Shown here piece after piece: positions 23,721-36,854 of a stretch of 64,000 bases of DNA (its first letter is position 1; each line of letters opens with the position of its first letter). The notes under the pieces were generated by a model. The model made no database searches. It saw nothing but the letters and a program-made list of their open reading frames with translations, and was not told the origin of the DNA. The stretch lies in contig NC_087437.1 in NCBI RefSeq assembly GCF_036321535.1, positions 73,968,001 to 74,032,000 on the forward strand. Reading direction: 5' to 3'. The DNA is from Camelus dromedarius. Lineage: Eukaryota. The translations under genes and the position numbers were made by a program.

Positions 23721-25565
23721 CAGGGGTCCTGCCTAGAATACCTGTGCCATGTTGTTTTCCACTGATGTATTTCAAACTTGAAATGAAGCTCTGAGTTTAC
23801 CATCCTACTTCTTGTGTGGGAAACAAAGAAAGCACATTTGGACAGCCAATTCAAAGACTTCAGGCTCCTGAAGTGAGCAGTTAAGAGTGGTGATGGTGAT
23901 GATGTCACTGTGATTTACAGAGCACCCCATTTCTGCTGAGGATATTACAGTCAATCCACAAGTTAGGTTTTACTTCGTATTCATAGAGGAAACTGATGCT
24001 CAAAGAGGCTCCGATATACTTTCAATCATCAAATAATCTAAGGGAATTATTAACAGAGTAAGAAAGGAAACAATGGTTACATGTGAATGAATTTAAAAGC
24101 AAAATAGGTCCAAAAGTAGGTTTGGAGTCTGGCAGAGTTTTATAAAAACATATCGATTTTCATGGGAGTCTTTGAAACTATCTATTACAGAAAAATGTTC
24201 AGGTTTATATTTAATCCATACACAGGGACTAGCAGGAGGGCAATGGACTTGAATAAGAAGGAAAATAAGGTAACTGAACGGCCAAATCACATTTTGCAGC
24301 CATGGGAGACTAGCTGCAGACATCCTCAAAGGGTTCGACAAGGATGGGACAGATAGCAACTCGAAATTTAAAGCTGTTACATGTATCTGAGTTCGGTCAC
24401 TTCTAAGGACATTTGACCTTTTAAAAGGAAACATGTAATCCTGTAAGAGCTCCTATGGGAGAGATCGAGTCTTCATCTCCGGTGCCACAGTAACAAAATA
24501 ACTGAAAAACAAAATCAGATAAAGATTAGTTGCTTTCTTTTAATCTACAACGTCCGGCCCAGCATCGCTGGGCACAGCCCCGTTCTCACTTCCCGGCCCC
24601 TTCCCGGCCCCGTCCCACCAGACATCTGCTGTTGGAGATTTGATTGTTATCTGTCACTCTGGCAATCATGTGCATGTGTGCTTTCCAGAAGGATGAGTTG
24701 TAGACTTCCAGTTTGGGCTTCAGTGGTACAATGTGCAGCTGCTGTAATGTTAACAAGAACATTTCATCTACGGTCTCTAACCACGCTGCTAGCGACAGCC
24801 TAATGGCCAGAGGTAGGCTTCTCTCCCCAAATGCTCTGTAATGAAACCAAGAACAGCAACACTCAGAAAATGAGCAGATGCTAAAAGCTGAAGAATTCAC
24901 TTCTCCAAAAGGAAATTTTGATGGCCGAATCCCGAGAAGCAGGAAGAAGAAAAACAGCAAGCAACATTGATAATTTCCAACAGAATGCTTGCTTCTCCTT
25001 ACTTATTTTTATTTTATAAGTTAATATTTTGTTCTTATTAAAGAATGTTGTTGAATTAGTAAGGGAATTGAAGAAATCCAGTGAGAAATGCTGAAAAGGA
25101 CTGAGTTATTTAGCTTGAAAACAAAAAACAAACCAAAAAATCAAGTTGCCATTGTGAATAACACAATTTTGACATCAAGCCTGTCATTTAATCTGTCTAA
25201 TTTCCAGGGTCTTTTTTTTTTTTTTTTTCAGGGAAAAAAGGTAGTATTTATTTACCTCTTAGGTCCCTCCTGATAAATACTTCTACTTAGACTTACTTCA
25301 GCATTTTAAGCAACCCACATAGATGTGTACAACCTAAAACAGCACACCCAAATTACATGTAACATACAGAATCACTTTGCCCATTGTTCTAAATGCCATG
25401 GTCCTGTAAGCAGTGTAACAGGCCACTCACTCTGAGATGACAGACCACAGAGACCATTCTACTGTCAGTCGTCCTAAGGGAGGGTAGGTAGAGTGTGACC
25501 ATGGAGCCTCCAGATTATTCTCCAGAAACAGGACAAAGATGAGTTGTTTCACAGTTTCTATTTAT

Positions 25566-25767
25566 CTTCCATTTTAATTTTTTTATTGAAGTATAGTTGA
25601 CTTACAATATTATATTAGTTTCAGGTGTATGACATAGTAACTTGATATTTTTATAGATTATGTTCCAAGTTTATAAAATATTGACTCTATTCCCTGTGCT
25701 GTATATTACATCTTTGTAACTTATTTATTTTATACCTAGTAGTTTGTGCCTCTTAATCCCCATTCAC
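25566..25767 (-). mobile_element. 5'-truncated L1 3' end with 16-bp TSD
   Basis: ttttattgaagtatagttgacttacaat...; TSD cacagtttctatttat at 25550-25565 and 25768-25783, followed by a TTTT/AA endonuclease-type site. Confidence 0.92.
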
Positions 25768-26052
25768 CACAGTTTCTATTTATTTTTAATAACTGCATCC
25801 CAAGTTAGCGAGATCATTGACTAACTGCCAGGTGACATACTAAATTGGGGAATTTTGCTAGAGATTCCAAAACTTAAAGTAGTTCTTAATCATCTGACAC
25901 TTAATAGCACAAGAAATAACACTGAATAATCCAAGAAGTGAAAAAAAAGAAACAAGCTGATATTTTTTTTTTCTGCTCTTTCCTCCAACATGCCAGATCC
26001 CACACCCCTGCATAGTAAACAAGATGCCTGTTATGGATGGGAGCCTAGGATT

Positions 26053-26090
26053 ACACACACACACACACACACACACATACACACACACAC
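26053..26090. repeat. (CA)n microsatellite
   Basis: direct observation. Confidence 0.95.
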
Positions 26091-27399
26091 GAGTTATTAA
26101 GAGGGAATAAAAGATGCCTCCTGTAACAGGTTCCCGTGTTTTTCTCCTCTGTATGACTTTTACCAAAATTGCAAATGCATAATTCATTTTTGGATTGTTT
26201 GTTTAGTGTCTGACCTCCTGTCATGTTCATACTGAATGGACAATAACATCATGCTTTGTATTTCACTGATGTTCAAACCATTGGTTGCATCATTAAATAA
26301 AGGAGTGAATGAATGAATAATCTTTCTTTATTCATGGGCCTTATTGATCACATGTAGTGTCTTTTTGTCAATTATTCTTTAAGCATGAGTAAACACACTG
26401 AAGAAAGATATTTTCTGTTTGGATAGCTTAAAATAATCAGTTTCATTCTAGATGGCAAAAGTTGACTTAATGATGCAAAGCTTGTAATTCTTAACTATAG
26501 TTGCATAAATCACTGAACCCAATCACTATCTTATTCTCTCTCTCCTCTTGATCTCGGTCTGTCTCTTCCCCTCTCTCTCTCACACACACACGCACACACG
26601 CATTTACACACTCACTCTATACCTACACAATTGGCTCTCAGCAGTGGAACCATGGTAATTCTCTTTAGTGATTGCTGCTCAGTCCCCAAACTCCACTCTT
26701 CAGAAGAAACAGGAATCCCATTCTGAAGGAGCAGTTGGTAGCCTTGTGAAAGTGGCTTAGAGCTGGAGGTTTTCAAAGTCTGGCTGCAGCTACCCCGTCG
26801 CAAAATGAGGCAAGATGTATCTTCTTTCAAAGACATCTGTATTTGAATCTGGGTGACTAGATAAACAGCCGTTAAGTGACCTCATTTTGGGGTAAAGATC
26901 AATGCCCCTGAAAACTGCAAAATATTAAAAGACGGGGAACAGCTCCATAAGCATGCCTTTGGCAGGGACAGGAGACCCTGACTTACCCTCCTTTCCCGGG
27001 ACTCAACTCACCACCTCAGCGTGCATTTCATCTACTCTGTTTTCCGGATGAAAGCTTAGATATTCGAGCTTTTCAAAGGTCACACTTCGTTTGACAGAAC
27101 TTCCTTTGCAGTCTTATAAGTACTTCCGTGGACTGTGGTTTTCTCTCTCAGTGACCTAATGCTGTTGAGAGAAAACGCCACTGCTTTATGTGAGGGATAA
27201 TTTGAAGAACATGTTGCTTAGTATACAAAGGCCACACAAAAGCCAATCTAAGAAATCCACCTGAAACAATGTAAAAGTCACACACTCGGAAAATGTTTCA
27301 AAAAGTGGTTTTATGTATGTTCGTAAGTACTCTGTAAGACATGGAGGAAGTTTTCCCAGAATTTAAAACATACTCATTATCTTTCTTTAGGAATTTAAA

Positions 27400-27530
27400 A
27401 TGTGTTCTCACTGAAAAATGGTTTAAATAATACGTATCTTATGGTGTTGGGAAGCATAATTAAGACTGTATGTGTATGAGAGCTTATCACAGAATCTAGG
27501 CTATGGCAGGTGCTCAAAATAAGGCAGCTG
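27400..27530 (+). mobile_element. MIR 3' part
   Basis: ctgaaaaatgggtttaaataata...cttatcacagaatctaggctatggcaggtgctcaa. Confidence 0.6.
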
Positions 27531-27999
27531 AATTTGCATTTAAATATATTGCATTTATGCCATGTGTACAATGTAGAAAGATGATGAAAATGAAGGCCTC
27601 AGGGAATTTCCTAAGTGGAATTTTGGAGCCACTTTACAAATGAACTAATAAGACAAAAGGAGTATCACAGAATTCAGCCAACAGTCAGCGTAAGCTCAAA
27701 TGTCATCATCACATGCTGGTTCTTGGTTGTCGACTTTATGGTTAAATAAAATAAAACAATGTGCTATTGAAACACAACACTGAAATATTTTAATAATGAA
27801 AACATTTTTCTAGAGATAGTTAATGCAGTAATACTTCTGTAACAGCATAGGAATTATGATATAAAATTTTTTCAATGACAACAATAATTAAAACATTATT
27901 ATAAAATGTTATTATAAATTATAAAAAAAATAGAAAACACAAGGAATATCAGCAATAGAACTGTGAGAGACACACAAATGGAAACACCAAATAAAAAGG

Positions 28000-28210
28000 C
28001 CAACGCTTCCCACATTTAATAATTAATTAAATATACTTCCAATAAAAATCTCAATGAGCTATTGATCTGGAACTTGATAAGTTTTTTAAACAGTAATTTG
28101 AAAAAAGTAAATGAGGAGACAGCTAGGAAAAATGTGAAGTGGACAAGTACTACAGAGGAAATTAACTCCACTAGAAATATATACTAAACATATAAAATCA
28201 CAGTCTAAAC
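28000..28210 (+). mobile_element. very old L1M ORF2 fragment
   Basis: ccaataaaaatctcaatg...ggaacttgataag...acagctaggaaaaat; decayed ORF2-like. Confidence 0.45.
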
Positions 28211-28514
28211 TAGAGAAAGTGGATTTTAATTTGGAGTGGGTATTTATTTTCTATTACCATTTTTGAGCGTTTATTACAGTTAGTACATTTTATATTAGAT
28301 ATTTTCCATTATAAAATTTATTTTTAAGTTTAAAATCAGTTTGGGGGTGAAATTTGCTAAAATATTACCAATTTCAGTGCTAAATGAACCATGACCATCT
28401 TTCTTAAAACCTTTTCCTTTCTTTCAATTCTTAGTAAGAATATATGTCTATGTATTTTCTAACTGTGACAATTACTATTTTTATGACTTTATCATGTAAT
28501 ATGGCCTTTCTAAA

Positions 28515-28620
28515 CTTTAGTTTTCTCATCTATTAAATGAAGATAACACTAGTAACATCAGCACAGACCTAGCGTGAAGCTTAAGTGAAATGACTCATGT
28601 AACTGGCTTACCACAGTGCA
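28515..28620 (+). mobile_element. MIR
   Basis: ttagttttctcatctattaaatgaagataacactagta...ttaagtgaaatgactcatgtaa. Confidence 0.7.
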
Positions 28621-28729
28621 AATCAGCCAGCAGTTCATGTTGGGGAGTAAGCCTGGCAGTGGGAGTAGCAGCTACAGCTTGTAGACTAGCCTTTCTCTAG
28701 TGAATCTGAGACTTTGTTGGAAATTAACG

Positions 28730-28950
28730 CTCTCTGTGTGGGTTGATTTCTGGGTTTTCCATTTTATTCTAATCTATGTGTCTAGCTCTTTACCAACACC
28801 ACATTGTCTTGAGTAATGTTGCCTTACGATAAACTTTGATACCAAGTAGACCTGAAAGCTCCATTTTTTGTTCTTTAAAGTTGTTCTGCCTATTCTGGCA
28901 TCTTTATCTTTCTGTATAAATTTCATAACCCTGCTTCTCCACTTCCTTAG
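28730..28950 (-). mobile_element. old L1M ORF2 fragment
   Basis: atttctgggttttccattttattc...accaacaccacattgtcttga...attctggcatcttt...ataaattt. Confidence 0.7.
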
Positions 28951-30146
28951 GGATAAAAGTTTTTTTTTTTTTTTTTTTCAGTTTCCCTCCCCCAGCCACA
29001 GTGGGCTTTTCCTGTGCCCCCAGGGATGACAGGCTTGCTTTCCTGCAGGGAAATGCTTCCTCCTGTCTTCCATCACAACCCCCATCTCTCTTGTGACTGC
29101 CTGGTGGGGGCCTGTGCAGCAGAGTCTGTGACCAGGTGCAAACACTCCTTGTGTCTGCAGCTTCTAGGGGTTCCAATCACTCACGGTGGATCGTTCTTGG
29201 CTTTTCAGAAAGAGTTTAGACATTTTAGTTTAGCTCTTACTGCTTTTACGGTGGCTTTTTCTTCTCCCCACGCCTTTCGCCCATCAGGCCAGCGCTTGTA
29301 TTCCGTCTCTCCTTAAAGACACTGTCTTTACACAGATGTCGGGGTATTTGGTTATGACGTAATATCAAGTCTTTACAAACACATGATTTTATATTGTAGC
29401 CAGGTTTTTCATGCCTTTAAGGTGGGAATGATGTTCTTTCCAGATTTCTGCATCCTAAGCAGAAACTGGAACCCCCAGTGATATTCTGTTTTATCTAGGC
29501 TATCACCCTTTCTGATACATCCAGTTTCCTTCTTATTTTGTTGTCTTTTCAGCTTAGTCTTTTCTCGTCAAGTGGATTCCTGCATTAATTTTTAGAGGCC
29601 CCATCTCACTGAATTCTATTGAAGTAGTCACATAATGTTATGAATCATGCATTAGGTCATTTTCAGCAGCATGTTCTGCATTCAATTTCACTGTATGCTT
29701 TATTCTTCTTTCCTGTGTTCCATTCAATCTTTTATGACGCTAGCTTGACTTTGGATAAAGTGAGATTTCCTAAGCTCAGCATTTGTACCATACAGGATGT
29801 ACAGCTTGACCCCGGGCCAGCTTTCTGTGAAGGTGTGTCATGGCCAAATCGCCTTTTGAAATCTACCAGTGGAAGCTGGTCTTGTGCACAGCAGCCCATT
29901 CAATTCTAAATGTCTAACCTGCTTCTGCTATAATGACATGACATCTCCTACTCCTAAGGTTGGCTTGCTGATATGCAGAACTATGAAAACATAAACTTTG
30001 AGCTTATATTTGCACATTAAATAATATAACTCTCATCATACCCAGATAACTGGGCTCTTATCTACACAGTACCCTCCCTCATCCCCAAGGAGCATTATTT
30101 GTACCTTGAATTAGCCTAATTCTATTCAGTTATCTTATTTTCTACA

Positions 30147-30181
30147 GTTCTCTCTCTTTCTCTTTCTCTCTCTCTCTCTCT
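30147..30181. repeat. (CT)n microsatellite
   Basis: direct observation. Confidence 0.9.
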
Positions 30182-30794
30182 GAAGGTAAAAGACAGAAAA
30201 TAGCTTTAGACGGGTCAGGAGGATAAAAATACTACCTTGTTTCCCTCAGAAAGCCATTTCCTGAGATGCCTTATATCCAGGGTTTTTACATTTCTTATCG
30301 TCCTCTCATTTAGGAGGAACAGCCCTTCTATGCCATAAGCTAAAATCTGCATTTTCTCTCAGTTCAGCTTGAAAATTTATTGGTAAGTGAGAATTCTTTC
30401 CAATTTTATTTATTTATTTATTTATTTTGGCGACTGGGAGTTAGAAACTTAAACTGTAAGTCTGATGTATTGTTGAAAAAAAAGAGTTAAAATTGTAAGT
30501 TGGATTGAAATAAGATTATCATATTTGGCAAAGACCTATGACCTTAGCATTCTCAACATCTGACCCTGGAAGGATTACTTAGTGTAAGGTTTCTAATGGG
30601 AACTGAAAGAAGGGATGCTCTCGGACGATTTGTAATCTTCATTGTAAGTTTAAAACTCACGTTTACGAATGCATGTGCTTTGGGGACTTCATCAGATCGT
30701 AGTGCCATCAACATTCTTTCGTTTGTGTGAGACTAGCACAATACTCAGAACCCAGCAGCCTGAAAGCCTCCTTCTCGTCTTCCATTGCGAAGCC

Positions 30795-30997
30795 AGTGGT
30801 TCTCAGCTGGGAACAATTCTTCCTTCTCCAAGGGATATTTGGCAACGTCTGGAGACATTTTTCACTATCACAACTAGGGTATCTAGTGGATAGAAGTCAT
30901 GGATGTTGCTAAACATCCTATAATGCATATGACATCCTCCCCATGGCAAAGAATTATCTGGCCAAAATATCAATAATGGTGAGTTTGAGAAACTCTT
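30795..30997 (+). mobile_element. MER20 (hAT-Charlie)
   Basis: cagtggttctcagctggg...atttggcaacgtctggagacatttt...ggatgttgctaaacatcctataatgca...tttgagaaac. Confidence 0.92.
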
Positions 30998-31654
30998 TTC
31001 TAAGCCCACATTGAAATACTAGCTCTTCCAATAAATCTAAGAACAAACAGGACAAGGAAAGAGGAGCCTGTTTTTCCCCAAGCCCCAGAGCAAGAGGTCC
31101 AGGCTTCCCGTACTAGGTCGCCTCAGCTCGTCTTATTGTGCCAGCTTCATGGGACAAAGACCCAAAAAGAGAACTGTGATAGAGAGTATTAAGTAGAAAA
31201 GTAAAGGTTGAGAGTTTATTCCCATGAAGACTCAGAAATTCTCCTCTTTCCTAAAAATACAGAAATATTAGTGCCTCTTACTAAGACCCAAAGATGGAGT
31301 AAAGAGAAATTTACTTCTCCCAAGAGGTCAGTATGTACATTTTCTTCCTTTTATTACCCACTGGGGAGAACTCACTAAGGATTTAAATATATTCTATTCC
31401 TATCTTAAAACTTGTTCTTGATTCCTGTTTTCATACAGTCTATCGTCAAAACTCCTTAATACAGCATGAGACATACTCCACAGACAAGCCTTTTCTTATT
31501 TCTTTAAACTCATTAACTGTTACCTGTCTTTGCCTAGTCCATAGCTCATTCATACTAAACTCATGGCCTTTTCCTGGGTGTATTACACATTGATACAGTT
31601 TTCTTAAGATTTCATTCACCTGGGATTGTTTGAAGCCAGGAAATGCCAAGTCAT

Positions 31655-31895
31655 CAGTCAAAGCTCAAATCAAAGGGCATCATGCCCACACAGCATTTTC
31701 AGGACCTGTCAGTCAGACTGGCCTCTTTTCCTTCTGTTGTCCCACAGCACAACGTGACTGCTTTGACTTGGTACTGATTCCATCTGGCTTTGTATTTTAC
31801 TAAGTTGTTTAATGTTAAATCCTAGAAAACAAGGTTAATTTCTGTGTGCCCACAGCATCAAGCAAAGTAAATACTCCATGACGCTGGTTAAACGT
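31655..31895 (+). mobile_element. L2b/c 3' fragment
   Basis: aagctcaaatcaaagggcatc...ctgttgtcccacagcac...ttctgtgtgcccacagcatc. Confidence 0.5.
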
Positions 31896-32684
31896 TGTAT
31901 ATATGTGGCAGAAAGGGAATGAGAGGATACAAACAACCAAATGGACTTCAATTAAGTTTTTCAACAGCTTTGAACTTAATTAAAAATAAATTGTCCTACT
32001 GAGAAGGAGAAAGGCAGTAGCTTTTTGCCAATATTGTTCTAACATGCAATTTGTTATATGTTTATTTTAGCTAAACAGGTTATCTTCTGTGCCTAACAAC
32101 TACTGGGAGTTCATGACTATAGGAACCACATGGGATCAAGACTGGAAATTCCCTCATGACACATTTTCTCTGGACACTTCCTCCTTCTTAAAGAACAGGC
32201 TGTTGTGAGGGGACTATTAGCTTAGACAACAACCTGATGGCATACTGGGCAACATTCGAGATAACATAGGAATATTCCATTGGCTTACCCATATGTAAGA
32301 TCTCATGGGTCAAGGATTTGGGTGGATAATTTTGATAAGATGCTCCTATAGCTAACCTTTCATTTTATCATTGCAAAAAATCAGGTGTGAAGAAAACGCC
32401 AAAAAATTGTTTTAGGTAGAGAATCATAATTTGGAATGTATTGGTATAATACAGTTTCTTAATATGCTTTACATAATGAGGATTATTGTGCCCCCAAATA
32501 AAAATTATTGTATCTGTTTTTATTCCCAAATTCTTGAAAAGCTAAGAATAACATGCTTTGGCTAACTATGGTAATTGGGAAAACATGTTCTTTTCTGTTA
32601 TTTGCAGTATTTTCAGAGAAAACTGCAAAGAATTAGCAGATATGTTTCCCTTTGGGCTGTGTCTATTCCTAAAAATTTTAGCTA

Positions 32685-33125
32685 ATACATGAGAAATATT
32701 TATATGTTAGCCTCTATTATAAGTATTTTACACGTGTTAAATAATTTATTCCTTCCAACTATATAAAGCAAGAGCCAGCACACTATTTATATAAAGGGCC
32801 ATAGATAATAAATATTTTAGGGTTTGTAGGCCACATCGTCTCTGTGTCAACTATTCATTTCTGCCATTGTCACTCAAATGCAGCCCTAGGAAATGCATAA
32901 GTGAGTGAGTACGGCTGAATTCCAATACGCCTGCATTTACCAACATGTGCAGTGAGTTAGGCTTGGCCAACAAGCCCTAGTCTGACAAGCAAACTGTAAA
33001 GCAGAAGTCATTTTTAGTTCATACTTTGCAAGTTGAGAAAATTTAAATGAGACATAAATAAGTAAACAGCAAAGGTAATTCAGCTTGCAAGTGGCAGAAG
33101 AGTGATTAATCCAAGCAGTCTTGTT
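32685..33125 (-). mobile_element. MIR split by MER58A
   Basis: atatttatatgttag...ataatttattcct resumes at ~33000 with tttgcaagttgagaaaat...cagcttgcaagtggcagaag. Confidence 0.6.
32770..32995 (+). mobile_element. MER58A (hAT-Charlie)
   Basis: taaagggccatagataataaatattttagggtttgtaggccacatcgtctctgtgtcaactattc...ctgccattgt. Confidence 0.85.
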
Positions 33126-33418
33126 CTAAAATATGGTAGCCACCAGCTTTATGTGGCTCTTGAGTACTGTAGATATGGCTAGTCTGAACTGAATTATAAG
33201 GTAAAACACACATCAGCTTTCAAAGATAGTATGAAAAAGGAATATAAAGTATCTGTAAGTTTTCTAATGATTGCATGTTGAACTGATAACACTGGCTATA
33301 CAGGGATAAATAACTTATAAAAATTAAGTTCACCTGTTTCTCTTTACTTATGTTAGTATCACCACTAAATATTTAAATTAAAATACGTAGCTTGTATTTG
33401 TGACTCACATTGTACTGG
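33120..33418. mobile_element. MER33 (hAT-Charlie)
   Basis: aatatggtagccaccagc...atgtggctcttgag...aaaattaagttcacctgtttctctttactt...atttaaattaaaatacgtagct. Confidence 0.8.
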
Positions 33419-33944
33419 CTCCTAACAACTACCTTTACACACGTACAAGAAGTTACATTAAATTTTCCCTGAAAATGTCTCTAGGGGTAGGACTTTCAGA
33501 AGGGCAGAGTGAGGCTCTCCACAAATCTTCTCGTGTGAAAAAGCAACGAAAACACTAGCATAAAACATGTGATCATCAGCTTCTTCAGAACTCTGTAAAT
33601 TAGCAAGTGCTTGCAAGATTGAGGAGCATTTATTCAAGGAAGACTGTGGTGCAGGGGGCCTATGGCTCCCCTGGGTCCCCAACCTCTCCCTACTGACATC
33701 TGGAGTTTTCGCTTTTTCTTTTTTAATCCATTTTTGCTAATTTGCATTTAATTTTTTTTAAAAAGGGACAAAATGCAAAACTATTTTCCCCATCTCTTGG
33801 GTTTCTGGGATGTCATCACCTCTAGTTTGTTAGGTTTGTTTCCAACTACTAATACAGCATGGAAGCAGTAAAAATACACACATAGACATATACCATATAC
33901 ATATTATATATGTATATATTATATATATATTTATATATATATGT

Positions 33945-34590
33945 GGACAAAAGAGGGTGGGGGAAATGGATGTATTACAGAACAAGGTCCTAGTGAAACA
34001 AAGTTAGCACTAATCCAAATCCAAACTAGGTTGCTTTAAAATGATAAGTTTAACCTCTAGGGTAACTATTAAGAAAATAACTAAAAAACACAGCAAAAAA
34101 CTGTAATATGATTAAAATGATACACTAGAAAAGATCTATTTAACACAAAATAAGGCAGTAATGGAGGAAGAGAGAAACAAAGACCTAAGATATATAGAAA
34201 ATAATAGTAAAATGGCAGACGTAAATCCTACCTTACCAGTAATTGCATTAAATATAAATGGATTGAACACATTAATCTGCTAATCAAAAGGAAGCAATTT
34301 GCAGAACAGTTTTAAAAATGATGTAACCATATGCTACCTACAAGAAACACACTTCAGATTCAAAGAAACAAATATGTTGAAAGAAAAGTAAGAAAAAAGA
34401 AAAAAAAAAAGTTCTATACAAACAATGACCAAAGAGATCTGGATGGGCATGATTAATATCAGACAAAACAGATTTTACTACAAAAATTTTAATAGGTACA
34501 AAGGAGGATATTTTATGATGATAACAGGTCATTCCATAAGCAAGACATAACAAGTACAAACACACAAAATGAAATTAAGAAAATAATGTA
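33945..34590 (+). mobile_element. old L1M (inter-ORF and ORF2 endonuclease start), preceded by (TA)n at ~33895-33942
   Basis: aaatggcagacgtaaatcctacc...attaaatataaatggattgaaca...atatgctacctacaagaaacacacttcagattcaaaga...taatatcagacaaaacagattt. Confidence 0.85.
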
Positions 34591-35014
34591 ACTGATAGTA
34601 TCATCTGGGACCAGGGAGGAGGGAGAATTTTGGTAGGAGCCGAAGGCAGGGAGGAACAAAGCCACTGCCCACTGCTTGAGGCGGAGAGAAGAGGAGACGT
34701 GCCCTGCTTTTGTATTTACCCGGCCCTTCAAGGTCTTGTCTGAACTCTCTCAGAAGCAAGTGAACCTGGCAAGTAGTTTGAAAGACTGGCTCCCTTCAAT
34801 AGAGTGCAACCCATGACGTATGAGGAATGCATCTCAGAGGAAACAGGAAAATAAATGCCTGGCACATTTATCCAACATCATCCTCTGAAGTTAGGCATAT
34901 AAACTAAAATTTAATTGCCATGGTTTTACAATAGATATAATATGATTATATGGAATATTCATGCCATAATGTTTCTCTTCCCAGATCTATATAAACAGCA
35001 TGAACTTATAGCCT

Positions 35015-35017
<3 letters not shown>

Positions 35018-35048
<31 letters not shown>
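35018..35048. repeat. (GT)n microsatellite
   Basis: direct observation. Confidence 0.95.
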
Positions 35049-35052
<4 letters not shown>

Positions 35053-35069
35053 GTCCTTTTAATTGCAAA

Positions 35070-35250
35070 GAAGCTTAGGGAAGTGGAGACAGAGGTGTTA
35101 GTTGCTCGGATTCCTGCACAGAAATAATATCCCTTCACTTCATGTGTTAAATGACATTAATAGTACCCATTCCATTATTGAGAAAACTTAATGAAGTACT
35201 ATGTGCAAAATTCCTAGTACAAGGTCTGGCACAGAGTAAGTGATCAAAAG
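35070..35250 (+). mobile_element. MIR
   Basis: taatagtacccattcc...atgtgcaaaattcctagtacaaggtctggcacagagtaagtgatcaa. Confidence 0.65.
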
Positions 35251-35257
35251 TGATACT

Positions 35258-35592
35258 AATAAACTCACCTACAAAATAGAAACAGACTCACAGATATAGT
35301 AAACCATCTTATGGCTACCAGGGGAAAGGGGGTGGGAAGCGATACATTTAGGAGTTTGAGATTTGCAAATGTTAGCCACTATATATAAAAATAGATTAAA
35401 AAAACAGATTTCTTCTGTATAGCACAGGGAACTATATTCAATATCTTGTAATAACCTTTAATGAAAAATAATGTGAAAATGAATATATGTATATTTATAT
35501 ACATGACTGGGACATTACACTGTACACCAGAAATTGACACACTATACCTGACTACACTTTAATTAAAAAATAAAAAAGAGCATGCAAAAAAA
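35258..35592 (+). mobile_element. young 5'-truncated L1 3'UTR with 12-bp TSD
   Basis: aaacagactcacagata...tgtatagcacagggaactatattcaa...A-tail; TSD aaaagtgatact at 35246-35257 and 35593-35604. Confidence 0.93.
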
Positions 35593-36808
35593 AAAAGTGA
35601 TACTTTCCCATTTCTGCCTTGTGATCCCATTATAGAAATGTCCTCCTAGAGGCCTTATCTTTTTGGCAATTTGTGGGCTACAGCCACAAAATCAGAGCTT
35701 TGTTCCTGTTAAGAAGCTCTCAAAAAGTCTACCATCTCACAAATGATGCTTGGTATTCAAACTGAGGGCTATCATTTTATCTGGCAACTTCCAAGAATGC
35801 TGTCTTGGCAAACAGAAGTGGATGCTGGGCTATGTGATTTACATTACATGGCTCTCTGCTGAATTATGATTTGCAATCTGGCTAATCTGTCATCCATTCA
35901 CTGCAAATCAAATACATGTGTGCAAAATTAGTCCAAGACAAGGAAACCATGACTAATGAACAAAAGTAAAACTAGTGTTGGGGAGGATAGGAGAGCTGTT
36001 CCAAATGGCAGCAGAAGCAGTATTTAGCCCTTATAGATGATCTCCACTTTGTCATTTAGATATGAAATTCCTTTGTAGAAATTTGTTAAGCAGTTTTGCA
36101 GTTTGCTACTGGCCGCCAAAACACTACTGTTACTATTCTGTAAAATTTGTCATTTAATTGAACTGACTAATTTTTGCAGGGGTCCTCATTATCCTCCTAG
36201 CGCTCACAGACTTCTTAATTCTTGTTTCTAAATCAGCGCCCTGCAGCAGGGGTCAAGGGAGGGAACACCCTAACATTGCTGTTAAGAAGTTCTTATTGTG
36301 GATGGAGCATGTAACTCAAGGTCATGACCATTTGTGTTCATTAAAAATCCCGCAGAATTTTGAGATGGGATAAGGATGCTCACTCTCTGGTGTTCTGGCT
36401 AACTTCCAGCCGGATAATTATTTTCTGCCTGTAAAAATGATCCCCCTGCCATTGGAGCTGGCTAGGGCCTTTACTTATTTATTTATTATTCCCCACCTTC
36501 AGCTCACATCTTTGTGACACTGGTGCTAATTTCAGGAGGTCAAATGCTACCTGCTCCTTGCAGGATGAGGTTTTACAATCATTCTGTACTACCCTGAGAA
36601 TGTTCCTTGGACTCCAGAACTTTGAAGGTTTTTGGTTATATAATCACAACCACTGCCTCTTATCAGTAAATTATCTAGAATTATTGGAGGATCATATCTA
36701 CTATTTTCCTGAAGTTATGCCTCCTTTGGATTTTACTACATTACAAGCACGCATGCATGTTCAATATTCTACAGCTTTTTCTCATAACTTTGTTGACATG
36801 TATGTAGG

Positions 36809-36854
36809 AATGCCAGGATACATGGCTACAGAAATGCCAGGATACATGGCTACA
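36809..36854. repeat. perfect 22-bp tandem duplication (period 24)
   Basis: aatgccaggatacatggctaca at 36809-36830 and 36833-36854. Confidence 0.95.
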
